From Camelus ferus (lineage: Eukaryota), in assembly GCF_009834535.1 (NCBI RefSeq), contig NC_045707.1:59274001-59338000 (forward strand): DNA of 64,000 bases, given 5' to 3'. The position numbers and the translations under genes were made by a program. The notes under the pieces were generated by a model. It was given only the letters and a program-made list of their open reading frames with translations, ran no database searches and had not been told where the DNA came from. Positions 52,674-64,000 of this stretch are shown here, piece after piece. Positions within the stretch are counted from its first letter, which is position 1. Each line of letters starts with the position of its first letter.

Positions 52674-55600
52674 ATTCATATTTTACATAAGCATGTGAAC
52701 ACATTCTATTCTTTATTGTCACCTACCATCACGTCACATGTGGTGATAGTACCTTCTTTGCTGTTGTCTTAACAATTTAATGTTCCTCTGAACTCTTTGT
52801 ATTATGTTACATATTTTAGCAGATTTACTGTCATATTTATAATAGGCTTTAATGTTTTAATTTCTAAATGATTGCTTCAAGCATGTTTTTAGCATTTTTT
52901 CTTTAGTAAAGCATAGTAAATTGGTAAACTACAGATGCAACTAAATCATGCTTTGGACTACTTAGCGCTCTTACTGATAAAGTGGAATTAAGCAATACGA
53001 CATGTAACCAAAAGATCTGATCTATAATAATTTCAGCAGAAAAATGAGGGGATTTTGGGGAGTCAAGTTTTTTCTTTAAGTAATTAAAGTAAAAACAGAA
53101 ATTAAACTGGTTTATAAGGTGATAAGTAAAATCTTCAAAAGAGATTTTCAATGTCATCCTCTATAATTTCAGTTAGAAATTATTACAGCTCATCTATGCC
53201 GTTCATTAGTATATTCTTCTTACTCTGAAACAGTATACTGTTCACATTGATACAACTATACCATGGAATTGCCTAGTATCACAAAAGAACTCACTGTCAA
53301 AAACATTTACAAGATTGGCTGATATGGTAAAGTGGAATTCTATTGATTTTGCATGCGAGCGTGAATTAAAATAGTTTTGAAGAGTATATACATCCAAAAC
53401 CATTTTTCTCCAAATATTCAGGGGGAAATGGGCATTGAACTGAAACATGCCTTGGTTATCTTTCCACCTGTGCCAAACGAGTGGAAATTTGGCAAATTTG
53501 CGTGAATTGTCGACAGGAAGGTGCCCTAGTTGGAGAAGCATGATTCCCAGTGCTCTGAAATCTGCCCTTAGATTAAGCCAGGCCACTGGAGATGGGGCTG
53601 CATTGTGCACATTCCCTTGTTCTTTGCTCTTTATTCAAACTGTGGTTTTTGAATGATGCCTTCTCTGAATAAACAGGGAGGGTGTGAGCATATTTTCTGG
53701 ATGGGTTCTAGCTACTACTGCTTCTTAATAGAAAACACATACCACCTTAAGAAAGTTCATTGCAAGATATACCTGGGACAAGAGAGAGAAATACCAGGGA
53801 AATCTAAGAATAGCAACTGGGAGGTGTTTGGTGATCAAGAGTGATTTCATTTCTTCACCCTTACTCTCTCTCTAACCCGACCTTACTCCCACCTTGGGGC
53901 ATAGAACATGAAATTAGGAAATTAGATGACTATATGTAAAATTAATATAAAACGTTCACTTTAAAATTCAATAGAACGGCTTTAAAAGTTAGGACCGTAA
54001 AGCACAAATACATCAATGAAAAGTATTTAAAACTCAGTAAGATATTATTTTATTATCTGTAGGAAATGATCCTAACAGATGAGAAAGAAAATGTAAACAG
54101 AATTCAGAGGTGAATGTTTTAGAAAATATATTAGTTATATCCAAACCACAGAGAATTGCAGACTCAAATCTGACTTATAATTTAGGCAGCAATAAGGCTC
54201 GAAGTGTCCCTTTTGTGCTGCCTGACCAATGTTCTCTTTACATTTTGGAGCCTGTGGTAAATGACTATGAGAGAGGGTTTCATCAGAGCTGTCAGAGGGA
54301 TGCAAAAATAAAATAAGTAAATAAATAAAAACAGAACCACCCTGTTTCTGAGGATCTTCAGGTGGTGTCCCTGGCTTAGATCTCTGGTTGATAAGCAGTA
54401 TCAGTTAGCTAAGAAGGTAACCCTAAAATAAATCCTTGGCAAAGACACTCCAAGGTTAATTGAAATGAACAAGATTTCTCTCTTAGGTAATAGAAGTACA
54501 TAAAGAAGAAATTTAATATTTTAAAGTTTATAATTATAATTTAAAATATTTAAAGGGATATAATTTTCCAAGTTTATAAAGGGGATCTCATATTAATCAA
54601 AAATCTCCTTAAAAGTGATTATTTGCATTTGTTAGATTTGCAAACAGAATAAAAATATTTGTGAACTAAGCTTAAAATTTTAAGGAAAACCTAGCTTTCT
54701 TTAATAAATCACATATATATTTTAAAAATCAAAGTTGACCTCTGAATAATCTTTTGGGTTTGCAAAAGCCACTGTGAAGTTATCAAAAATTCACTCTAAC
54801 CATAAGAAACTTAAAAGCTGATGACATTATTTTTTTCATTGTCATATCTGCACTGTAGGTAACTTATAACAAATATTATCAATCATGGTATGGGTTTTAT
54901 TGTGTCTGTAGAGAAACAAGTTTTAATATGCAACTGATCAGTCAGTAGTCTTCCCTGATTATGGTATGACCTGTGAAAACTCATGATGCTAATAAAAGAA
55001 CATGTTTTCATCAAGAGGGAACAAAGTAACCCAAACTGTCTTATAACTGATGATCAGAAATTTTCAATGCCATCTTTGTTACATACTTAAATTTCAAATG
55101 TTACATAATGCAAATTCAATTTTTTAATTTTACTCTTTGCTGAGTTTTGTATATGAACAGACTGGCTAGGACTGAATGTCTGTGAATTGCACAAGCCCAG
55201 GAAAATGGTTTTCATATTGCAGTTTATAAAAACACTGGCACGTAAGATTAACAGCTTGGCCTATAGCCATGGTAACTCTTCCAAAATGGTACATTTTCAA
55301 GAAAAATTTCATACAGTTACTGAATTAACTGTTCTTTGCTTCCTGTGGTTCATCTGAAGCATTAATTCGCCCATCTAGCACATTTTACTTACAAGCACAG
55401 TATTATATTTTTTGAACTCCCAATAGCATGCTGTTGTAACAAGACAGAATTTTTTCTTTCACAGCAAAGTGAATTTAGGATTATCTAATATTGCTTGGTA
55501 ATGTTATGAAAGGAATTACCGGCATTGAAGTAATTCACATTACTCCCAAATCTTTCACCTCACTGTGCGGTCAGCCAAATTATATATTTATTAATTTTGT

Positions 55601-55689
55601 TAAGCTGGCCTCATGAGTCAATAGATTGAATAGAGTCCCTGTTAATTAAGTTTGCTGATGAAATGACTAGAAGCTTGGAGAATAGCTTT

Positions 55690-55790
55690 GGAATTAAAAA
55701 TGAGTTTAACCAGCTGGAGGGGATTTATGCATTGGATAAGGACTGGACCAGATGACCTCTGTGGTCTTTTTCAACTCTGGGACTCTATAC
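55690..55790 (+). mobile_element. L3/MIR3-type 3' end
   Basis: ggactggaccagatgacctctgtggtctttttcaactctgggactctat. Confidence 0.55.
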
Positions 55791-56328
55791 AAGATTGAGA
55801 AATCAATAAAACAAGAATTTATATGAAATGAATACAATTGAAGAAAAAGTTAGATAGAATGAATTCATCATTTATATATATACATATACACACAAACACA
55901 TAAATACATAATATCAAAATCGGGAATGAACAGTAAGCACAGACATAGCTTTGGATTCTAATAGAAAGACAATCAAGTTAGGCTGACTTAATTATGACCC
56001 TGAGATGCCTTGCTTGCTAAAAACTTTTCTATGGAATATTTTTTTCAGTATGTGCCAGAGACTGACTCGGTGTTCAAACTTACAGTCTCTACTCCCTGGC
56101 TAATCAACAAATTACATTTTCCTATAGTTAATGGAACTCCTGCAGCCAAATTAAATTTTGACCGATAGAATGTGTGTAGAAGTGGCATTAACTGCAGGCC
56201 TTCCCAATAAATGCAACCTCATGCAATCCTGCAGTCTCCTCTTTTTATTTAAATTAGCTATCATGGAGGAAACTCCAGGGCAAACTTGGATGTCCTGTAT
56301 CAAAGATAAACTCATTTCTAAAAAGAAA

Positions 56329-56330
<2 letters not shown>

Positions 56331-56374
<44 letters not shown>
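56331..56374. repeat. (CA)22 microsatellite with degenerate extension to ~56400
   Basis: Direct count. Confidence 0.98.
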
Positions 56375-56381
<7 letters not shown>

Positions 56382-56429
56382 ATGCACATGCACATATACA
56401 TTTATTTTTTGTTACTGCACAATTAAAAA

Positions 56430-57232
56430 CAGCAGATGTCATGAATAGGCATTTTAAAAGCATGTATCAACATATCCAAGAAGGGTATGAAAGAGTACTC
56501 ACCTTCATTAGTCATCAAGAAATTACAAGTTAGAACCTCAATGAGATATAATTGTATGCTAACAGAATGGCTACAATTTGAAAATAACTTACGAGGCCAA
56601 GTAGCGGTAAGACTGTGAAAGAACAGAAATTCTCATACACTGATAAGAAAGGTATAAATTGAGAAAGAGTCTGGTGATAACTACTGAAGCTACTCATATA
56701 CACACACTCTATGATCTAGCCACCTACTCCCAGGTGGTTCCCTAACAGAAATGCATACATAGCTTTACCAAATGTTCTATACAGGAATGCTCAGAGCAAC
56801 TTTGTTCATAATAGACAAAATGGGAAGTTAAAGCCAACATTCATCAGCAGTAGAATGAATAAATAAATTGTGCTATATTCATATATATGTGGAATACAAT
56901 GGAACAAAAATTCCTTTATCCATGGCTGAATTATATAATATTGAACAAAACAGCCCAGAAACAAAGACCAAGATATATAATTACACCTATATTAAGTTCA
57001 AACACAGGAAAACTAATTAATAGATAGATAAATAAGAATGGTAGTTACTTTCAGTGTGTTTGTGAGGCCATGAGGGTACCCTGAATAGAAGGGGATTCAC
57101 GGAGGTTTCTGACATGCTGAGGCCCTGGTATACTATTTCAACTTGGGTTGTAGTCTCATTAATGTATTTATGTACAAAAATTCATGGAGCTTTAAACCTA
57201 AAATTTGTGTGCTTCACTGCAATTAAAAAGTT
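56430..57232 (+). mobile_element. Old L1M ORF2 end and 3' UTR
   Basis: tactcaccttcattagtcatcaagaaattacaagtt...tatgatctagc...gtagaatgaataaataaattgtg. Confidence 0.8.
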
Positions 57233-57339
57233 TTCATAAAATAGTCTAACGAGGTTAGGTTAAATGTCCCAAACACATACCTGAAATATTAAAACAGTAG
57301 AAATGCTCTACAATTTCCTTTCTCAAAAGAGATTCAATG

Positions 57340-57700
57340 GTTTAGATGCAATCATGTCCAGAGGCACGCTGGGAGATTAGATGACCTTTCCTAGGCTCTT
57401 TCAGCCCCATGATCCTATGATATTTCCTACAATGTGTTGTTTTTCTTAAAACCCCCCTCAGTCTTTCCATCTTTCTAGTATTGAGTTGTCCAGGACTGAA
57501 TTGAATACTCTAGGGGGTTTCTCACAAGAGCAACATAAGTTGAAAGTCTGTCACCTCTCTAATAGGTAATATGATGGAGTTGTATCCAGTGGGAAATCTC
57601 CATGGCATTTTGTGCAGCCCTGCTACAGTTGGATGGATAATGCAAGGTCATATACAATTTTCTCTCTGCTCTCACCTCTGGATATTTTAACATTATTTCT
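57340..57700. mobile_element. L3/CR1 or MIR3 remnants
   Basis: gattagatgacctttcctaggctctttcagccccatgatcctatga; ccaggactgaattgaatactc. Confidence 0.4.
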
Positions 57701-58186
57701 TCACAAGTTTTCCTTCATGTTGCATGCTTTGCTCTAGATTTCTTTCTTTCCCTCAGAGGTACCAAATTGACTTCCCTTTTGTCAACTTGAGAAACCTTTT
57801 TTTTAAAACATTCAAAGTTTGTGAATACTATATGGGATGGAGAACACTGGTGATTTCAAGAAATTCTGTGAGAAAAAAAATCAGTGGATTTTTTTGTCAT
57901 TATGTAAACCAGGGGATTAATTGATCAAATAGGTAATTTTGCTTTTAAACACATATTAGTGTCATGTGGATACAGTCAAAGAGTGAAAGCTTTAAAAAGA
58001 GATGGAAAAAGAACTTAGAGAAAATGCACTTAGCGTGACTACTGAGATTTAAGATTTCATTTATCAAATTTTTTTTCATGGGAATTACAAATGTTACTAT
58101 TAATGCTACTTGTAAAACCTACGATTGACTAAGCTTCAAATACTTTTAAAATGAACTAATTCACACTAAAGAATATGGCAATATGA

Positions 58187-58282
58187 GGAATCTGGAAAAA
58201 AAATGTAAAACTGAATCGCTTTGCTGTAGACCTGAAACTAACATTGTAAATCAACTACATTTCAATAAAAAATTTTTTTAAA
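58187..58282 (+). mobile_element. 96-bp artiodactyl-type L1 3' tip
   Basis: aactgaatcgctttgctgtagacctgaaactaacattgtaaatcaactacatttcaataaaa; exact 19-bp TSD aaagaatatggcaatatga (58168-58186, 58283-58301). Confidence 0.9.
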
Positions 58283-59571
58283 AAAGAATATGGCAATATG
58301 AAAACAGTGGTAAAATATTACAACTTGCAAATAAAATTTAATACTAATTTCCTTTTGGTTTATGAAATGCAATGCATATATTTTGCAAATGCTGAACATC
58401 AAAAAAACAACAAAGAATTAGTTAGCTTCCTCTCAACATTGACATTTGGGGAGCATTTTTAGTTGGAGAATTCACTGGGTACTAGAAGCCTATTATATCT
58501 GGAAGTTCCCCAAGTACAACATTTACTCTGGAGAAATAAACTCCCAGATTTGAAGACATCTACATTAATTGACACTACACCATTTGTTCCCAGGCTTTTA
58601 AGGCTCTCCAAAGGCTGTAATTTTAGGACACACATTCAAACTTTATGCCACTGAATGGTTTGGGGCAACTACAGAAACACAGCATTCCATCAGTACTGTG
58701 CATCTGTGTACATAGCAATCTCTAAATGCAGCTAATGGAATCTCAGCATGAAACCAGAAAAGATTTTTCCAAACTCATTACAGTTGCAGGTTACTCTAGT
58801 TGAAAAATTGATTTTGCACTGGAAAGTAAAAATCTAACTTCACAATGTCATCAATCATTGGGAAAACATAACTGAGGCCTGGACGCAAAGCTTAACCATT
58901 CACAATTCATAGAAAATCTTCATGTCATTCAGAAGCAACCAGAATGTAAACATAATTTGAAAGAGAACCTAAAGAAATGCAAACAGAAAGTTAGTATTTC
59001 TTTAAGAGGAAAACAACTTTTAAAAATACAGCATCAATTACTAGATATTCCAGTCCACGGACAATTTGTAAGAGAGAGCACAGTAACCAGAATTGATTTT
59101 CATTCAAGGAGAACCTCCTTCTTCATATGACTAATGTCAGAGCTAAGACTCCTAAATTATACCCATCATATCAGCATGCCTCGTAGGCAAATGAGTATTT
59201 CATTTATTCACTCATTCAGTGATTCAACTGTTAACATTTCCTAATAAAGAATAGATTTTATAAACTATAATGTCTAGCCTCGTGTTTCTAAAAGTAGAGA
59301 ACTTTGAAAGTATTTCTAAACACCCAAGAATTTCAGAGATCACTGATTGAAAAACACTGGTCTAGTTGATTTAAGATAAAAATAATATCCTTCCTCTTAA
59401 AGAGAATCAGATTCTTTGAGAATGTAGATTCCACAATCACGCCCAGAGCCCTGTTGCATCCTGCCAATAGCAGTTACTACGTAAGTCAGAGAAGAATTTT
59501 CCTTAATGCCTATTGCCTGAATTCATAGACCTGGTGTCTTGGACATCCTAGGCTTTAAGTTACACCTAACC

Positions 59572-60165
59572 TGTGGGAGGCAGCCTCCAAAATGGCTGCC
59601 AACACCCTGCTTCCTGTTTCACACACTAGTGCCCTTGAGTGTGAACTAGACTTATTTACTTACTTTTAACAAATAATATACAGCAGAAGTAACAAGAATT
59701 TCATCTCTGAGGCTAGGTTGTAAAGAAGACTGTGGCTTTCATCTTGGGTTCTTGTTCTTTCTCGCGCTCTCACTCATTTGTTCACAATGTGTTGTTACAC
59801 GCGGGCTACCCTGTGGTAAGAACCACGTGGCAAGGAAATGAAGTTCTCTGGCCAACAGATGTGAAGGAACTAAATCCTGCCACCTGAAATGAGGAAAGTC
59901 TCGTGCCAACAAGCTGTGAAGCAACTGAATTCTCTGAGGAACTCAATCCTACCAACAACCATGAGTTGGAAAGTACATCTCCTCCTACTTGGGTTTTCAG
60001 ATAAACCCACAAATGACAGCCTGACTGAAGCATCAGGAGAGAGCTGGAGGCACAGACACCCAGCTAAGTCGGGCTCAGACTTTAGACCCAGAGAGAATAA
60101 ATGTTTCTTTCTTTACACCACTAAGGTTTGAGGCACTTTGTTATACAGCAGTAAATAATGAAATT
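59572..60165 (+). mobile_element. MaLR LTR (MLT1E/F-like)
   Basis: tgtgggaggcagcctccaaaatggc...ccacgtggcaaggaaatga...cccagctaag...ctaaggtttgaggcactttgttatacagca. Confidence 0.8.
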
Positions 60166-60754
60166 ACTTTCTATGTCCCTAGCAAAATGCAATTAACTTG
60201 TTTTATTACATCTTGTGATTAGCTTCTGAATTTTCATATGCCTTGAAAATGTTCATTGTTAACGTTTGGTTATGAGTCTTTTGGTGTTTATGGCATTTTT
60301 TACCTTTGTATGTTTAAAAAAAACACACTGAAGTTTCTTAAAATGCTTTATATAGTCACAAAGAGAATCCACATTTCCCCTTCCCATTTTTTTTCCTCAG
60401 ATAAAACATTTCCTTTTACATTTTCTCACAGGAATTATTCCTCATATTTTCAGTTAGTTTTTCCCACATACTTTTAGAGCATATTGAAATAATTAGATAC
60501 ATTAGCCCCAAAGCAACCTGGCACTCAACAAATAAACAAACAAAAAAAGCCTTAAAAGATTTTTATTAAATGTAGGATCCGTAGGGGAAAGAGACTTCTA
60601 ACTCACAAGTCTATGTAATAAGTGAGGACTTTATAATTAAATAAACCTGAGTTCAGAACCATGCAAGAATAGTTAATATTACTTTTTCTTATTTTTAATC
60701 TTCAAAACTGATTTAAGAAAGCTCGCCTCATTGGTCTGTGATAAAGAGTATGAA

Positions 60755-60985
60755 TGTAATGGTAGCTAACACTTAGCAAGGACTTATCATGTATCTGGCA
60801 ATTGTTTTTCTTTCTTTTTTTTTTTTTTAATCTCATATAAACTATAAAAGAACCAATGAGATAGATTCTGTTATTTCCCTATTTAGTGACATGGAAACTA
60901 GGCACCAAGATATTAAGTAACTTTCCTGAGGACAAACAGGAAGTAAGTGATAAAGCTTGGAACTGGACTAAGATTCTAATCACAG
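60755..60985 (-). mobile_element. MIR SINE
   Basis: gtagctaacactta...ggaaactaggcaccaagatattaagtaactttcctgagg. Confidence 0.7.
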
Positions 60986-61879
60986 AGCTATGGTACATGT
61001 CAGAGAATAAGTGTTATATAACAAAAATAGTATCTGGCTAGAGAAAGCACTAGTTTAATGTCTTTCTCTTCATCATCCTCATGCAAAGATAGATTTAAGA
61101 GACAGTGAGATAACTGGATGTATAGGTTGGCTGGGGAAGCTCTACCACAAATTGAAGATTAGGTTCAGGACCATGTATTTCTCATTCTAGTCCACCAAAT
61201 TCTCAGGGCAAGTGCTTCTCATTTATGGATGGAAGATCTCCAAGAAGGATGAGTAAACTATTTAATGTTTCTTAAGGCTTCAACTCAGAGGTGGTACATT
61301 GTCATGGCACCAGCACTTCATTGCCAAAGGAAGTCACATGGCCAACCCCAAACCAACGCGCAGGGAAGTGCACTAGGACCACAATAAATCACAACAGGGA
61401 GGGGAAGGAAGGATGAATTATAGATAAATAATACAGTCTACCGTCACATTCATGGAAATATTATAAAATAAATATTGAATAAATAGCTGGAATATTTGAT
61501 GTTTAAATGGTATATGTTTGCATATACCCTAAAATTCTACCGTTACAGCATAATTTAAAAATTGCTTTCTAGCCCATTGGTCATTCTCTGATTAATGTGT
61601 CCATTAACACAAGCCATCCTTTTATTTTTTTTAACTTATCCTTTTTGAAATAAGGAAAACATGGACATTCAGTCATTAAGAGGAAACTTTTTATTCCATA
61701 ATTCCTCAAAGTAATGCCTAATGGTTTCAAAGTAATATCTATAATTACTGAATTACTTTAGAAATTATGTCCTTAGTCATTGTAAATTTAAATGTATTTT
61801 TTTTTTAGGTATCTCTGAGCAAAAGCTTTTGCAGTTTTTGTCTGATTTCTATGGTTAGAATACAACTGATACTTGTTTT

Positions 61880-62230
61880 AACCAGTTCTCTACATCTGAC
61901 CTCTTTTGCATTAAAACATAAGGAACAATAAAAGACAGTTTTCCAATTAAACTCTGTTGCTTGTTATCCCACCTTCACTACCAAGGGCACAGAATTGCCA
62001 CTTTTGCCTTTATCCAGGGATATCTCTCTTGGTGTTTCAATTTTACTCATTGTTTTGTTTGTTTGCTTCAGAATGAATAATTTTTGTCTGTATCCCTTAC
62101 TACATTGTAAATTCCTTCAGAGAAGGGATTGAATCTTACTTATCTTAGTACCATTTGTGCCTATTGCAGTGCTGAAAACCTAGTCAGTACCTAATACATG
62201 CATATTAAAGGAAGATAGGCTGAATAAATA
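61880..62230 (+). mobile_element. L2 3' fragment
   Basis: tacattgtaaattccttcagagaaggga...gtgcctattgcagtgc...tgaataaat. Confidence 0.6.
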
Positions 62231-62781
62231 GACAATATAATTTTTCACTTTACAGCCTGCCTCTCAAAGTTATAGTTTTAAGTTCTATTTTGAAAATAAT
62301 AGTTCTTGAATAAGAACTAGCTCAGTTAATTTATTTCCTATAGAAAATATAAAACTTGAATTTTCACCAAGTAAGACGAGAAAAAGACCAGTTATTTATA
62401 AAACTGTCAGGCAAGGCATGTTGCGCTCACGATGATAAATTTAAGGAAATTTGTACACCGTTAGCATGAGCCTTCACCATCATACAAAAAATCAGCTCTA
62501 ATTCCAGAGAACAAAGGCTCTCACATCTTGTAGTGTATCAGATATCCCAGCTATACTCTGGGGCTCACAGCTGGGTTTCCGGCTAGACGGAAAATGAAAT
62601 CTAAGAGGCATTACTGGTATGAGATTCTTATTGTATAGAAAGAGCAGCCAGCATCAAAGGCTGTCAAAGTTCCTGCTCCAAATTCACCGTTCACCTTGAG
62701 CACATCAGAATCCAGGTCTTACTGGCAAGCAGATCTTAAATAAAACCTACCTTATGAAAGAGACAAAGAAAAGAGGGAAAG

Positions 62782-62912
62782 TATATGTCCATGAATAACT
62801 GAAAAATTGTGCTGAACACTGGAATTTGACACAACATTGTAAAATGATTATAAATCAATAAAAAATGTTAAAAAAAATAAAAAATAAAATAGTTGCTCAA
62901 TAGAAAAAAAAA
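62782..62912 (+). mobile_element. Short lineage-specific L1 3' tip with a double A tail
   Basis: Matches the 3' end of the L1 at ~3715-3810; exact 13-bp TSD aaaagagggaaag (62769-62781, 62913-62925). Confidence 0.9.
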
Positions 62913-64000
62913 AAAAGAGGGAAAGATAGCGTTAGTAAACACCAAAGTATTTCCTAGAAATTCCACTTAAGGTTTACACATATATTTTAAAATTTATTTT
63001 AAATAAATTTAAAATTTATTTTAAATTATGTTGAGTGTCTATTTGTGCCATGTATCATATATATGCAAGACAAAAATAAAGGAGAGTACGAAGTCCAGTG
63101 AAGGAGACGGAGAATTATATCAAAAATAAGATGACATTTTAAGCACAGTTTGTTTTATGAGAATGTAGGAAAAACCTAACTTGGACACGAGGAATAAGAG
63201 AGAGTTTCCAGTGGAGGAAACAAATTCTAAGCTGAGAACGTAGGATCAGTGAGAGTTAACCAGAAGAAGAAGATTCCAGAAAAAAATAAAAACCTGAGTA
63301 GATCAACGTATTTCTCTTACAAGCCATGTTGTGAAGTTTGGACTAGGGAACTTAAGAATCACTGTCATATGAACAGCCTTCCTTTTGTTAATGAGTTCCC
63401 AAAAAGAAGGCAGATAGATATTCCTGTCCAGAAATCTGCAAGAGATTAAAATCCAGGCAGGCAGAGCAGACTGCGCCTGTGACATGGTCTTAGCGATCCC
63501 TTGTCTTCCTTTTGCTCTACCCACTTTCTGAGCTTTGATTGTGTGAACTCTCCAAGACGCTTCAAACAAATTCCATTTCTGCTTAAGTTACCCAGAGTTT
63601 TTTTTTTTTTATTATTATTTACAACCAAATTCCTTGATAATTCAGTCTTTTTAAAATTGAAAGCAGAAAATTGGTAAACAGTGATTTATGCTTTAGGACA
63701 ATTTATCTAGCTATAAAGTTTGTAACAGGAAGGAGGGCTAAGCTGGAGCCAAGGAGTTTGCAATCTTGCCAAACTCGAGATTCTGATAGCCATCTAAGGT
63801 GGCGGTGCTGAGCAAAGAGAACAGCCAGTAGCCCCGAGGGATACTGACTGAGAATTTACAAATATGTAGCAGTTAGGGTGAAAGAGAAATGATGGCTTTC
63901 TTCATTCTTATGAAAGACACTTACTGACCAACCTCTGAATACACATTTAAAGTACAGGCAACTATGTGGGAACTCTGCCAAAGAAGCTTAAGAAAAAAAG

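Noticed and set aside
53242..53610. 122-aa minus-strand ORF
   Set aside because: Non-ATG start, no recognisable family, no convincing splice context
56151..56463. ORFs with CV/TH repeats
   Set aside because: Translation of the (CA)n microsatellite
62986..63026. 19-bp A/T-only direct repeat with palindromic character
   Set aside because: Low complexity; explained by slippage

Overview
AT-rich, CpG-depleted mammalian non-coding DNA (intronic or intergenic), most likely from a camelid. The tRNA-derived SINEs look like the Tylopoda Vic-1 type, the L1 3' tips are artiodactyl-type, and I saw no Alu, B1, Bov-A/BovB or PRE1. I recognised no protein-coding exon; the ORF track is chance ORFs and repeat remnants (3255-3437 is an L1 ORF2 C-terminus). 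Much of the window is eutherian interspersed repeats (L1, L2, MIR, L3, MaLR/ERV LTRs, hAT MER elements). Family names come from recalled consensus sequences, not a search, and boundaries are approximate unless a TSD is given. Main observations: (1) a MaLR (MLT1A-like) LTR at 37.4-38.1 kb carrying an unidentified GC-rich insert at its start-site region and a one-sided CpG island, either a new promoter or a gene-conversion hotspot; (2) a TSD-flanked, tailless retrocopy of the 5' half of tRNA-Ile(TAT) at 16.7 kb; (3) a 137-bp tandem duplication with a templated stutter junction; (4) several very short TSD-flanked L1/SINE insertions; (5) candidate minus-strand small exons including a 9-nt microexon. 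I cannot support a new multi-gene system from this sequence.
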